The notes beneath the pieces are model-generated. The model had not been told where the DNA came from. It made no database searches and saw only the letters and a program-made list of their open reading frames with translations. 64,000 nt of DNA from Chlorokybus atmophyticus. Taxonomy: Eukaryota; Plantae; Mesostigma and Chlorokybus algae. Of this stretch, positions 50,130-64,000 are shown piece by piece (positions within the stretch are counted from its first letter, which is position 1; each line of letters starts with the position of its first letter). The position numbers and the translations under genes are program-made. The stretch covers positions 1 through 64,000 of the forward strand of contig RHPI01000810.1 in the NCBI GenBank assembly GCA_009103225.1, given 5' to 3'.

Positions 50130-52200
50130 TTCTTACTACATAAGTAAGGGAGAGAGAATGACTTTTGCCAGCCTTAAAAGCGTGACAGCTGACAGTTGCA
50201 ATTGATCTGAGAGACTGGATCGTGTCAATCTCATGACACCAAGGGTGGACGCTGTGGTGAGTGAGGTTAGGGCGGCTGCTGCCGTGCTCAACACCGCCAA
50301 CATGCAACAAACCATTGAACATGTTTGGCACCATAATACACTGCATCATACCGACATTTGGTATGCTTGCTGCAAAATGCATTTGCCTTACCAAAGGCGG
50401 CGTCTTCGCCATTCGCTACAAGTCATATTACTTATGCTTGCTGTATGAAGACTCAAAACCCAAACGCACGAGCATGTGACTGATTCAAGGAAGCATGTCC
50501 TACGCCACAATACTTTGGGCTCATTGCTGGGCTACTCGACCACTGTGCGAGCAACACAACGGCTGCCACAACTTTACCTAACGCTGAAGTTGCATGAGGA
50601 ATTCCTCGTTTTATTGCTGTTGCATATAGCGCCTCCTTGTCATTGGTTAGCATTTGGTTCACAACTTGAAAAGCATAGCTGTAACGGGAAGGTATATGAT
50701 ATAACCACAAATCGACGATAAAAGTACCAAGTCTTTTGTGGCCGAGTGGGCTGTGACATTGGTCATCGGAGCTTCGCCTCGCAGACCCGGGTTTGATTCC
50801 TGCCTTGCACACGGATTCCGCGGTCGTTGTTTCTTGGTTCAATAACATCGTAAATGGTCACTTTATAAGTGCCATTATTAATGGGTTGCGACTTGCCTAA
50901 TGGCAGTCGCGCCGAACTGACCAGTTCAATCGGCGTGGTAGGGCGCGACCTGCCTATCACGGCGACACAACCTGTGGGGCCGACAGCGGCGCGATGTGCG
51001 CGCGTTAACCGGTGTGGGCCTATTTAGCCGGTCTTTGCCCGTGGGGCCGGCGATTGACCCTAGCAAAACCCCTGGGATGATTCCCCAGCTGATGGGAGCC
51101 AGCTGCCGAGGACGTCAGCGTTCTTAAGTGGGGGGGAATGTGACGGAAAGGTACATTCTGTAACCACAAATCGTCTATAAAAGCACTAAGTCTTTTGTGG
51201 TCGAGTGGGCTGTGACAACACCAGTTGTTGGCAACCGTGTTTGACCAACTTGGGCAAATGTTGTGGCAGTGCCAGGAGTCACATAAAGTTGGATACTCAA
51301 CAACTCTTTGGGGGTGCGGAAGTTGCTGCGCGACTGGAAGCAAACGTTTAGCAACGCATGACCTTGACCCTGTAAGCATGGCTTCGTATGATTTTACTAC
51401 GCTTTACACATCTGCCATGCTGACTTGCTTGCATGCATGTTGGGGTTGATGACATAGTTCGCTTTTGCTGCAACTTTGCACAGAGGCAATGCTGTACTGG
51501 TGCTCACTCCAATACTCACTCTACTAATACTCAAGCCAACTATGCTAAATGGCACCGTGTCATTGATGGCTACGTTTGAGTAGTGTGCAACGTGACACCA
51601 GCACTTGCAAGTTTTACACAGCGCACACGCTGACATCTCTGCTGGCTTATTTCTTAAATACTTTTAATGTCAGTAACGCAGGGGACAAACCGCATAGATA
51701 AACAGTAGGCAGTCCCATGATTAACAATGCAGGAGTACACCTAGCTAATCTATACTTGAGTTTCAAGGAACTAACAATCGTGCGCAATTTGATCGCACTG
51801 AATCAGAATGAAACGCTGGTGCTCATCTGTGGTTAGGTATACACCTAATCACGGATGCGCATCGTGACATAAAGACATGCAATTTTACACAGCGAACACA
51901 CTCACATCTCGACTGCCTTATCTCGTCGATAGTCTATGTGTCAGTATCGCAGGGGACAAACTACATAGACAAGCAGTAAACATCTTCATGGGTAACAATG
52001 CAAGAGTATACGTGGCTGATATATATTGGGGTTCAAAGGAACCAACATTCATGCGCAACTTGAAAGCACAGAACCAGGCTGAACTGCTGAAACGCTGGTG
52101 CACATTCGTGGTTAGGTATATATACCTAACCACGAATGTGCACCATGGATGTCAACATATATGTTGTGCTGGTGTGTTGGGGAATGGTGTTTACCCTGCA
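50130..52200 (+). pseudogene. Degenerate Penelope-like retroelement RT
   Basis: FAIRYKSYYL; LPQLYLTLKLHE-PRFIAV; WILNNS; SYDFTTLYTS; GSPMINN...LANLYL and IFMGNN...VADIY...RYIY (motif block duplicated); interrupted by TRIM copy B. Confidence 0.7.
50680..51217 (+). mobile_element. TRIM family 1, copy B
   Basis: Same LTR-PBS-internal-PPT-LTR structure as copy A; flanks ATAGC/ACACC do not form a TSD. Confidence 0.85.
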
Positions 52201-52278
52201 GAGACATGCGGGATAGTATAATCAACATAGCTATCATGTTGTATATTGTTGCCGTCTAGGCACGACCATATCCATATA

Positions 52279-52826
52279 TGTAACGGAAAGATACATTACC
52301 ACAAATCGACCATAAAAAGCACCAAGTCTTTTATAGTCGAGTGGGCTGTGACATTGGTCATCGGAGCTTGAGACCCGGGTTCGATTCCTGCCTTGCACAC
52401 GAATTCCGCGGTCGTTGTCTCTCGATCCAATAACATCGTAAATGGTCACTTTATAAGTGCCATTATCGATGGGTCGCGACTTGCCTAATGGCGGTCGCGC
52501 CGAACTGACCAATTCAGTCGGCGCGGCAGGGCGCGACCTGCATCACGGCGACGCGACTTGTGGGGCCGGCAGCGGCGCGCTATGCGCGCGTTGACCGGTA
52601 TGGGCCTAAATTGGCCGGTCCTTGGGTGGTGGGGCCGGTGACCGACCCTAAATCAGACCTCTGAAAAGATTCCCTAGTTGATGGGCGCCAGCTGCCGAGG
52701 ACGTCAGCGTTCTTAAGTGGGGGGGAATGCAACGGGAAGGTACATTAAATTACCACAAGGTATATTGTCACAGCCCACTCGACCATAAAAAGCACCAAGT
52801 CTTTTATGGTCGAGTGGGCTGTGACA
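52279..52826 (+). mobile_element. TRIM family 1, copy C
   Basis: Same structure; 5-bp TSD ATATA; 3' LTR rearranged into a long palindrome. Confidence 0.92.
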
Positions 52827-54443
52827 ATATACCTTATGGCCCGAATCTCACCATCCCCTTAAATCATCTACTTATGTCAAAGTGACTCATTACATTAGAG
52901 CTGATTTGTTTAAGTGCGTTCGTGTGGTGTTTATATATGCGTACAATCCAGAGGTCCCATGCACTCATGCGGTTTGCGAAGAGCAATTATACACAATAAC
53001 CATGCTCATGCAATTGTCATGGCAGTTGTGCTCATGCAACCGCTATGCTCAATGTATATTGTGTGCGCAATCATGTGCTTCGTGTTGTGTTACGCGTGCG
53101 CGTTCTGTTGTCGTGTTGGTGTTGATGTGCTACTCCGTCTGTGCCCTGCGTGTATACAGTTCTTCGCATGCGCTATTGCGCCAATGAAATGCATGTTTAG
53201 CGGTCGTTGCACATGCTTGCTATGCTCACACACAGACTGTGATTACATATGTGCACGCACGTTTATACAACATACATCACCACCGGGCACTGCCATGCTC
53301 TTCTCCCTCATCTTTTCCCTACTTCAATCACATCCCTACCACCACCCCACCCTATTGACCATGCATGCATGCATGCATGCAGTTGCACTTGATACCACCC
53401 GCCCATAGGGCCGTTTGGTAATTGCGGTTGCCAACGGGTACGGCAGTTAGACAACCAGCACGACTTGCTCTCTCTCCGCCTCCCTTGTCCCTCCCTCTCT
53501 TGGCAGCAACTCTGCACTGTTGTAACCCTGATGTCATTACCACGAGGGCCGCCCGTGTATGTGATATTTGTGCTATGTTCATCGTGTGGATAGGCAATGT
53601 GAGGTGTTGTTATTCACACACATAAAAGAACGTGTGTACAGCAGATGCAACGGGCATTGTGGACAGAACTCCGCAAGCACTTTGTGTATAGTATATGCAA
53701 TGCTGTGCATGTGACCAACACCACACACACGACAATTGTGCAAGTGGCATATGCATGTGCATATGCCATGTGCACAACTAATGTTAACCGCACAATTGTC
53801 ATACATATGCTTGCTTGAGAGCATTACGCAATTCCATGCAGACACGACAAAGTTGTGGCCAACTGTACAAAGGGGTTTGCTGCTGTGCATGTGAAAGCAA
53901 CCGGCGCGAGGTGGCCATACCTACCTACATTCGCATAAGGCACTTCGATGTAAGCAAGTGACAAGATCCACCATATCGACCAAAATATATATAGAGGTGA
54001 TAATGTAAACAACGCCCACTCGCCTGGTTTACATAAGACACTTAGCTAACACACTTCTGTACAAGACAAGTAACTGCTTGGGTTGGGACGCAAGGTTGTA
54101 GGTTTGTAGATATAACACTCCTAATCCAAACCGTCTGCTAGCCTGCATATTGTCACAACGTAAGCAAGTCATCACACAAGTGCACGCACGTGCGCGCGCA
54201 ACAGAAGACGTTCAGCTGCACATATTTTGCAGTACAATCAAAGCAACTGCAGCTGACCTGTTTGATGCACATGATGCTCATGCCGCCAGGAATAGTTGCA
54301 GGCCCAATATTACACCCGATGCCCTAGAAAACCACGATGCAAAGACAACCCCTTTCTGCAGGCTATAATGCCTCGGGATTGAGGTTGCTGGTTGTGCAAA
54401 GGAGCACAAAAAGCATACTGTAATAGGCAGCGTGTGGCAAATC

Positions 54444-57260
54444 TCAGCTAAACGGAGAACTTCCAGCTCTTGGTTGCCAGTGAACCGGCTGCTGTGGCAA
54501 CATAGGTGGTTGAGGAGGGTGCGACATCGGCATGGACTGAACCGGTGAGTATGCAGGGTAGGCGGAATAGCCAACTTGTGCTCCATAACTATTGCAGCCG
54601 GGATGAGGTGGTGGGTAAGGGTAAGGTGGCGGGTATACATGCTGTTTGTGTGGAAGTCCAGTGAAATACGGTGATGGATAGGCTGAAATGCTGGCAGGAG
54701 GGAAACCGCCGCCATGGCCTAGTTGTGGCAGCTGTGCAGGGTTGCCATGTTGTGGGATGTGAAGCAAGGCCGCGCCCGCAGGCATGCTGTGTGGCTGCTG
54801 TATGTGCTGAACAGCGTACCACATAGGGCCTTGAGCCCCGGGTGTTGAGTATATCATGGTTGCACCGGGCGCTGCTGCCATAGCCGCAGCCAACTCCGGA
54901 TGCGGCACGAGCGGTAATGCATTTGGCTTGCAATTCGATGCAATTGGCTGAGTGTGCCCATATTGTAAGTTCTCATGCTGACGGTCAACTTGCTGATGCT
55001 GTGCGCCTCCTTGCCATAGATGTGACTCTGGCCGAGGCATGGCTTGTGAGGGTCCGCAAGCATGTTCTTGACCTGCAACACATGGCTAGTGAGAACCCAG
55101 CCTGCTACCATGCTCACCGAGGGCCACGTGGAAGCATCTATACATGCTGCCAAAGGGCACAACACACTGACTGCTGTGTGCAGCGCTCAAAACTGCATGA
55201 GCGATCTAGTGCAGCTCTGCTGAGGACCATTGACACAACATACAACTTGCCGCATGACTGATGCGGGAAGCAACAGCCTTGCCAAAGTGACCAACTACCA
55301 TTCGTATGTGCTGCGGCTCAGTTGTAACAGCACGAATCAAGTCAATTTGCTACCTGCGTAGTTGGGGCCGTACCCACTCTGCAAGTCTGGCCGCCCCCTC
55401 TCTGCATCGGCTGCAGTTCCTGCATTTGAAGGGCGGGTACTGGTTGCAACAGTGCTGACGGTAACATCCTGCCTATGGCTCAGTGCCTGCAACGCTGAGG
55501 TTTTCTGTGTATGGCTTGAACCGGGCCAAGAATGACGCTGGGACGCAATACTGCCCTCCAAAGGTGGGCGTAGTTCCTCGGATCGTACAGCTGCAAACAG
55601 ATTCGTCAACGCAAGGTGGCTGTGAGATCTTTTGCAAAGCTATTGTCACAAGCACACCATACCTGTCTGTGTAAACTCCAGCTTGCTTCTGACACGGCGT
55701 TCGTCATCGTCATCGTCATTCTTCACAGTAGTGTGTCAGAGCCAAGACAATCAGCAAAGAATCGCACATCACAACGCTTGTTGCATACCTGCCAGGTAAC
55801 ATCTGGAGGACGGCGTTGACCCAAGCCAGTTGTGCCTGCAAGCGCACCATGCAATGGCGCCATGGACAAGGCCTGCATCAACATGAACCATCTTGCAATC
55901 AACCAAACAACCTCCACAACGGACTTGGCAACATGAATTCAGCACCACAGTTGACCCTCACCTGTGTGCAACTGCCCTCTGCTTCCGCTGCGCAAATCTG
56001 ATCACGCCACTGCAGCTTTGGCAACGGTTGCAGAGCCCTTGCACCATCGGCCGCAGAGAACTCGTCGCCTGGAAACTGAACATCTCCAAAGGCTTGTGAA
56101 AACGAAGGGAATGGCGCAGCATTGAAAGACCCTTGCAAGTCTTTCCAAGACCGCGAGTGAGCAAGCTGTGCTCGCTCTGCTGGCCACATCAATCGCGAAG
56201 GGGTTGCTGTTAAGGGCGCAAAACTTGCGGATGGAGTTGTCATCGGGCGCTCGCGCACACCCATAACAGGTGGTGTAGGTGGTGGCATCCCTGACGCATC
56301 AGTCCCTGTATAGCCACTGTTACAAACAAGTGACCGTCAGTGGCAAGCCCTGAGTGACAATGCCTGAAAAAGATACAGCCAGGTCCAGCACTCACAACTG
56401 ATACCTTGTTGAGGGCGCGACACCAGGCACCACGGGCACAACTTGTGCGCTGGCAAAGGAATTATGGCTTGTGGTGACCTGCGGAACCTGTTGCATGGTA
56501 GGTGCCTGGCGAGGACCGGTAAAAGGAACGTTTTGGCGATGCTGCATGCCAGCCGCCACCACCGCAGGAGGGTCAAAAGGCACTACACCAGGTGGGTTGC
56601 AAGGCGGTGGCATATAAGAAGGCAACTGATCGTTCCAGGCTGCTGCACATGGGAAGAAGTGATGACGAAAACCTGATGGCCCTGGCAGTGTTGTTACATC
56701 CGCATGCCTTGCACCAACAAGACCTATTCCATTGCCGTCCTGCAACCACATCGTAGTGATGAGTACATTCTGACAGTTGTCATGGGTACACAGTTTCTCA
56801 TATGACACCATACCTGTGGACTTGAGGACTTGTTTGAGATGTTTGTGAGCGCCACTCCACCTGACCCAGATGTACGGGCCCACTCGTCTGAACCTTCGTA
56901 AGCTTGCAATGTTTGTGCAAAAGACGAGTGGACGGAGAATGCTGCAAGACAAACGCTGCCAGTCATGTACCGAAATACATGCGGCACAGCCCATTTCTGT
57001 CTTGGTGAACACAACCGCTAGCAGCACAGGTATGTTGGAAAGACCATCTATGAAGACTCTAACACGAGCCAATGCACAAACTGTTGAGCTGAATATATCT
57101 GCTAAGTAAGCGTGCATAGCAGTATGCTGTGCGAAGATCTACAGCATGTACATACCTGGATCGGCTGTGTAAGCCATTAGCGGGCAAGCTTGGCCGCTAA
57201 ACTGACAATCAGGCCAGCGGGATTCTTTATAAAACTCCAGAAGCAGGTAAAGACCTAAGA
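54444..57260 (-). CDS. Probable multi-exon host gene, Pro/Gln/Ala-rich, product unknown
   Basis: Series of same-strand low-complexity exon-like ORFs (54444-55040, 55337-55609, 55899-56288, 56392-56720) with GT-AG candidates and a GC-rich upstream region at 57600-57900. No domain recognised and the exon chain was not fully resolved. Confidence 0.45.
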
Positions 57261-58380
57261 ACACGTTGAGCAAGGTGAGACACTGACAAGCAACCAGCAG
57301 CAAACCCCAGCTAGAAGATAGCTGTGCGCCCTGACAGCAGCCAACGCGGCAGCAACACGCTGCAGCAGCAGCGCCACTTTGTTGCTGCTTGTCAACAGCA
57401 AAGCGCTGCAGCAACAAGCAACGGCAACCGCAGCAGCAGCAACAGCCGCCAGCAAGCCGCCAGCCAAAGCTAAGCAGCAAACAGCAACAGCAACTTTGCA
57501 CACCTGCGCAGCTGTGGGGCAACCAAACAGCTTGAAAGCAAGCTAGCAGCCTCAGCTGCTGGGCAGGCGCAAAGCAACTTCGGTAGCTCCGCCGCTCCTC
57601 TCCTTTTCGCTGCCGCCGCCTAGCAGAAGTTACGACTCAAACGAGGCCAGCTGCCCTTTTACCAACCAGCCACCATCACCACACGCCTTTCCCCTCCTCC
57701 ACAGTACCACTGACAACCTCGTCCCGGACCCCGCCTGCCCCCCCGGCCGCCGCCGACGCCACGTCAATGCTGCGAGTGTCAGACCCCGACTTTTACATCG
57801 CCGAAGCGCACAGCAAAAAGGTACAAGCACGACATCTCTGACACTAATCAGGAGCAATTGGGCAAGGGGTAAAAACAAGCAACGAGTTTATCTTTTCGTT
57901 ACGAAAAGCGCGAGGGGCACGCGTTTGAGGTCAAAACCCTAACTCCATCCCGCTGAACGGGGCGCGGCTATGGCTGCCGCGACAAACAATCATCACAAAT
58001 TGTGGCGAAGTACTGACCGATTGTTGAGCCAAGTGGCGAAAGGGCGTTGTCGTGCCGTCGTCCAAAGGTCCTCACACGTAACGTACGAGCGTGGGTTGCA
58101 CTTGTATTGCTGCTGGGCTGTTTCGCGGACGGGCAGCGATCTGGATCCAAGCCGCACGCGTTGGCCGCCTCCAACATCAATTGGCGCGGGCGAATCGAGG
58201 CCGTCAACTAGGCGAGCCGCGGACGGGTAGGCCGTGGCTTTATGTGCGGCCCAATCACCTGTCTGACACAAAAAATACCGCTATAACTGTGCAATCCGGC
58301 TTGCTTGTCTAATGAGAATCCGAACGTTTTCCTCGAGGGTATGTTTTAATCTGTTGCATGTTGCATTATAATCTAACTTT

Positions 58381-61300
58381 AACTAGCGGTGCGGCTGATT
58401 GGGCGTGTGATTGGGCCGGCCGGCCGGCCGGCATTAGGGCACAAGACACATCACACGCGCACCACGCACGGCCGTGACATACGGCACCCGCGACTGCCGG
58501 TCTGCGCGGCCCGCCTGCCTCTCATTGGCTAGGCGGCAATAGCTATCGGCCGTTCGATCTGCCAACACAAATCTCGACCGTCCAAAGCTCATCCCCACGT
58601 CATGCAACTGCTCACAATATATGCGAATGTTATATACTTTATCTATGATAATCTTAATAACCATATGCAATGATGACTACGTATGACAATATGCATTGTA
58701 ATTAATAATAATTTAAATCAACATGTATCAAAAGTGCAAACTATACATGATATATACCGTATTTACCCGATCACAGTCCCCCCCTTTATACAGTGTCCCC
58801 CCCGCCCACCACCAATATGGGGNNNNNNNNNNNNNNNNNNNNNNNNNNNNNNNNNNNNNNNNNNNNNNNNNNNNNNNNNNNNNNNNNNNNNNNNNNNNNN
58901 NNNNNNNNNNNNNNNNNNNNNNNNNNNNNNNNNNNNNNNNNNNNNNNNNNNNNNNNNNNNNNNNNNNNNNNNNNNNNNNNNNNNNNNNNNNNNNNNNNNN
59001 NNNNNNNNNNNNNNNNNNNNNNNNNNNNNNNNNNNNNNNNNNNNNNNNNNNNNNNNNNNNNNNNNNNNNNNNNNNNNNNNNNNNNNNNNNNNNNNNNNNN
59101 NNNNNNNNNNNNNNNNNNNNNNNNNNNNNNNNNNNNNNNNNNNNNNNNNNNNNNNNNNNNNNNNNNNNNNNNNNNNNNNNNNNNNNNNNNNNNNNNNNNN
59201 NNNNNGCAAAATGGCTGGTCGGGCTGCTGCAAGGCAGACCAGCATGCGCCGGCTTGAGGAGGAAGCAGCGGCAGCAGCCGCTGCTGCCGCTGTGGCCTCA
59301 GCAGCGGCAGCGGCTGCAGTTGCCGTTGCTGCCGCAGCGGCTGCTAAGGCCAAGGCAGACCAAGCAACACGTGAGGCGCGCCCAGATGAGGTGGTTGCAA
59401 AGCAGCGCGCACGTGAGAGCAGTTGTTAAAAGAATAAGAGGGACCTGCGCCGTTAATTCACAATAAGTCGAAGATGTGCATTCGGTAATGCTTGCTTGCG
59501 TGTGTTGTGTCAGCGCAGGTAGTGTCTGCTTGTGCACCTATTCAACATATGCTTCACATTCATAAGCAGCTAATGTAAAGGTTGTGTGTGTAGCTGAAGA
59601 TGTTGCATCGGGCACGCCTTATTAGGGTGAAGGCTGCAGCAAGTAAGCATGATGTCTATCCAAAAAGCATTCATAAATGGATCAAGCAGGGCATTAACAT
59701 CACGGGCAGCTTGAGGTCTGCCTTCCGTTTGCAAGGGGGTACGTTATGTGCAATATACTTACAACATGGAGTGTAAACATCAACATGCAGTGTTGAATGT
59801 GGTGTTGCCCTTTGACATGCAGGTGGGCGCAAACCACAATTCCCAGACATGGAGGAGCAGTTGTTCGCTATTGACAAAGACAAGCGCATGCTTGGCCTTG
59901 CTGTTTCGCAGAAGATGCTACAGGTACTGCTTGTACACACGCACTCCTTACTGACTGCTTGTGCATACACACGCACTCATTGCTGACTGCTTGTGTACAT
60001 GCACACGCACTCATTGCTGAACCATTGTGTACATGCACACGCAATCCGTGCTGAGTGGTTGTGCACATACCCACGCACTCATTGCTGACTGCTTGTGTAC
60101 ATGCACACGCACTCATTGCTGACTGCTTGTGCACATACCCACGCACTCTTTGCTAACTTACACACACACTCCTTGCTGAGTGGTTGTGCCCATACCCACG
60201 CACTCATTGCTGACTGTAAGTGCACATACACTGACTGCTACACTGACTGCTTGTACACTTACACTCATCGCTGACTGCTTGTGCTTATGTGTATATGCTC
60301 AAACAGGCGCTTGCGAAGCAGCCGATCGCAAAGGCCAACGAACAGTCACCCGATAAGCATGTGCACTTCAACGCCTCCTTAAATTGGGCAGTGCGTTTTT
60401 GCAAATGCCACGATCTTGTCGTGCGTGCTCGCACGAAGGTGGGCCAGAGAGCGCCTGCTCAACAAGCAGAGATTATGACATCCTTTTCGTTGTTTGTTGA
60501 TGGCATGCGAAAGAAGAACAAGTACACTATGCAACAGGTGCATTTTGTAAAGTGATTGCTTGCTAAATCAACCACAAGCAAGCAATCAAATGATAATCAT
60601 ACACTTTGTGGCTGATTATCAACATGGATGAGGTGCAGATGGTGCTTGACATGCTGTTGTTAAAGACTTTGCATCACCAAGGCGCACGAACTGTGCCCAT
60701 GACAACGACCGGTCATGAGAAGGCGAGCTTTACCCTTGTTATATCAGTTTGTGCTGATGGTTCCAAGCTGCCTCCTCTTGTTGTGCTCAAGCGGAAGACG
60801 GTGCCGCGCGACCTCAAGGTGCCGGGCATTCACATCTACGCCAACGAGAAAGGGTGGATGAATGAAGATATGTGCGTGGAGTGGGTGGACGTAGTTATGA
60901 AGAAGCGCCCACAGGTGCTGAATGATGTGCATTGACTGCTTGTGCTTGTACACACATGTAACATACATGTGTGTACAAGCAGTGCCTGTTGCTTGTGTGC
61001 ATGCATGTGTATTTGGTGTTGTTGGTGTTGTGCACGCTGACTGGCTGGCTGGTTGCGGAGCACGCACACTTGTTTGTGTGCACACTAGCTGGCTCCTTGC
61101 TTCCGACTGCTTGTGCGCATGCTGCTCGTGTGCATGCATGCGTACTTGTGTGTGTGCACACTGGCTGGCTGGCTGGTTGCTGAGCACGCACACTTGTTTG
61201 TGCACACACTGGCCGGCTCCTTGCTTCCGACTGCTTGTGTGCATGCATGCGTACTTGTGTGCATGCATGCGTACTTGTGTGTGTGCACACTGAATGGCTG

Positions 61301-63633
61301 GCTGGTTGCTGAGCACGCACACTTGTTTGTGCACACACTGGCTGGCTCCTTGCTTCCGACTGCTTGTGTGCATGCATGCGTACTCGTGCATGCTGATTTG
61401 CTGACTGACTGGCTCCCACGCTTGTTGTGGGTTGTGTGCAGATTTTCGGCAAACAAGCTCTGCTTGTATGGGACAGCTTAGGGCTCATTTGTGTGACTCT
61501 GTGGGCAAGGCGCTGCAACACATCCGCGTTGACCAAGCTGTCATACCAGGTGGTATGACAAGTGCCTTGCAGCCCTTGGACATTGGCCTGAACAAACCTC
61601 TCAAGGACATGGTTAGAGCAAAGGTGCGTTGTTGACGATGACTGTTGTTGTTGACATGGCATGCCTTTGTTATAGCATGATTCACTTATCAAAGTGTTAT
61701 GCAGATGTAGTGGCAAATGTGGATGGCGGATCCAAGCCAGCACATCTTCACTGCTGGCGGCCATCAACGGGCGTGCTCCTTCACAGAGATTCTGACAAGG
61801 ATCATGGAGAGTTGGGAGGCTATCCCTGCACGCATCATGCAGAACTCCTTCAAGAAGGCCGGCATCAGCATTGCTCTTGATGGTAGTGAGGATGACATGG
61901 TCATTGAGGACATTGAGGATGAGGACAATGGTGTGATCCTCGTGGAGGAGCTGCCATTTGAGGAGCAGGAAGCGTTGGAAGATGAGCGTGAAGCCGCAGC
62001 GGCAGGGCATGGTGGTGCGGAAGTCAGTGAGGAGGAGGAGGAGGGGGTGGAGGAGGACGTGCATGCCATAACTGATAGCATTGACATTGCGAGTGATGAT
62101 GATAGCATGTAGCAGGTTGCATGTATGTTGACGTAGCATGCATGCTTGGCTCATGTGCCTTGTGTTTATGCGTGAACGGCAATGATGTTGGGGGTGATTG
62201 TTGTTGCACATGGGCTTGGGCTTGGTGCGCCTACAACTCAACTTATCCAACACCGCATTTGCTACCTCCACCTTGCTAAACTGCACATACCCCTAGGAAG
62301 CATATTACCCCACCGGGGGGGGGGGTGGGAATGTTGTGGCAGTGCCAGGAGTCACATAAAGTTGGATACTCAACAACTCTTTGGGGGTGCGGAAGTTGCT
62401 GCGCGACTGGAAGCAAACGTTTAGCAACGCATGACCTTGACCCTGTAAGCATGGCTTCGTATGATTTTNGGCCGCGCCCCCCCGAAAAACGGGGGGGTAA
62501 CTCTATTAGGGGGCGGACAGTGATCGGGTAATTACGGTACGCACTTATATATGAGTAATCTTATATTGTACATACATTACACCATATATAAATGAAAGAT
62601 ATGCATATATGTCATGATAATATATAGCATTATACACATTATATGCATATCATACTATAATATTATAGACAGTTGTATATATAGGTAGTTTTGTATGCAT
62701 AATATATATGATACATGCAATCTTTTATACATAATATATAGATAGTTTCACATGGCTTATATGACCTGAACATGTCCCACATGTATGTATATTAATAATA
62801 CATTAAGTACTAACGTTTCTGCCATGTTACGTGCGGAGATATATCGTGGTGCGGTTGTTTGGTCGGGCCATCACACGGCACCCGCAACTGCCGGGCTGCG
62901 CGGCAGTTTGTGCGGCCCGGCTTCTCATTGGCTAGGCGGCGAGTACAGGCGTTACACCGTTAGATCCGTCTAAACAATCCTGGCCGTCCAAAGCACATCC
63001 AATTGTTTGAACGCATGCCAATAAATGCAAAATTAAGCACAGTTCTGCATACGTGGCCGCTTATGGCTGCATGTTGGTCATGTTTATGTGTTACAGATAT
63101 ATTATTAATAAACATGGAGATACATTAATACATGTTGATATCTCTGATGTGTTGCAAAATGAAGCACATCTGTTGCAATATGGTGCAATATGGCCAGCAA
63201 CCAGCAGTTAAGCGTTAGAAAACTTAATAATCAACATAACGTTCATGCCACGGTACGTGCTAAGATATTCAATTAATAATGCCAAGGTTACGGCCATAAA
63301 ATAATGCTAACCTAAATTACCTTAACGTTAGGATTCAACTAAACGAAAATATGCATTGTTAGGCCACCATATGGTCACGCTTGAATTTGATCAAATGGGA
63401 TGGAATGGAATCGCAACGGTGACAACAGCCGTTGCTAAAAAAGGCAGCGAATTGGCCAATCATTTCGGAGATGCATAAAAGATGCTGAAAAACATGTTTG
63501 ATGACGCAGGCCCCATACCCCAAAGACATGCCACCACTACTCACCCTCGTTCTAACTAATCCACTCTACCATGTAACGCTAATTGATTACACGCTATAGT
63601 GTAACTACGTCATCAAACATGGTCAACAGCCGA
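58381..63633. repeat. ~1.5-kb repeat unit (copy 2) carrying the same pogo insertion; a further unit begins at ~63685
   Basis: Matches 22148-26821; the GC-rich head GCGGTGCGGCTGATTGGGC recurs at ~63688. Confidence 0.85.
58757..62537 (+). mobile_element. pogo-family (POGK/Passer-like, DD35D) transposon, more complete copy 2
   Basis: Same TIRs and TA flanks as copy 1; GRKPQFPDMEEQL; FNASLNWAVRF; IINMDE; LVWDS...ALQPLD (35 residues between D2 and D3); introns filled with ~33-bp and ~100-bp minisatellites; frameshifts present. Confidence 0.9.
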
Positions 63634-64000
63634 ATACGTTCTGGAATAATATAATATATTAATATCTCGGTCTCACAACAGCAACGAGCGGTGCGGCTGA
63701 TTGGGCGGGGCGGCCGGCATTAGGGCACACGCAAACTACACCCCGAGGGCATCACATGCGGCACCCGCGACTGCCGGGTTGCGCGGCCCGCATGCCGCTC
63801 ATTAGCTAGGCGGCATTTATCCACTATCAGCCGTTCGATCTGTTATATATAGATCTCGACCGTCCAAAGCACATCCCCACTTCATGCAACTGCTCAAAAT
63901 ATATGCGAATAAATATCAATATTGAGCACAACGTGCACATGCCGGCATTTTGTTGCATATGGCCCATATGATTTGAGATGTAACACATTTATTTAAGGTG

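Noticed and set aside
62330-62468. Second copy of the Penelope-like fragment from ~51260-51390 inside pogo copy 2
   Set aside because: It sits between a poly-G run and a single N next to low-quality-looking sequence; likely a scaffolding artefact.

Overview
Eukaryotic, intron-rich, repeat-dominated DNA with several N gaps. A QLQ+WRC GRF gene points to a streptophyte, probably a charophyte-grade alga (inference). Most of the window is nested transposon debris. A Ty3/Gypsy element (<1-19688) is interrupted by two DNA transposons, a second Gypsy stack (38980-49800) is interrupted by a CACTA-like element, and there are also pogo elements, Penelope-like and RLE non-LTR remnants, MITEs and several families of miniature LTR elements (TRIMs). 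The standout is a 6.57-kb TIR-bounded element (4507-11078) inserted in the Gypsy integrase. It carries two convergent, spliced genes: a ~830-aa DDE transposase with RAG1/Transib/CMC-type motifs (- strand) and an intact 405-aa BAH-domain protein (+ strand). This layout parallels ProtoRAG, but with a BAH chromatin-reader partner in place of RAG2. A second notable pattern is that several TRIM/mini-LTR families carry a tRNA-type A box at the LTR 3' end and a B box just inside the internal domain, forming a split Pol III promoter. All protein assignments come from reading motifs by eye; no searches were run.
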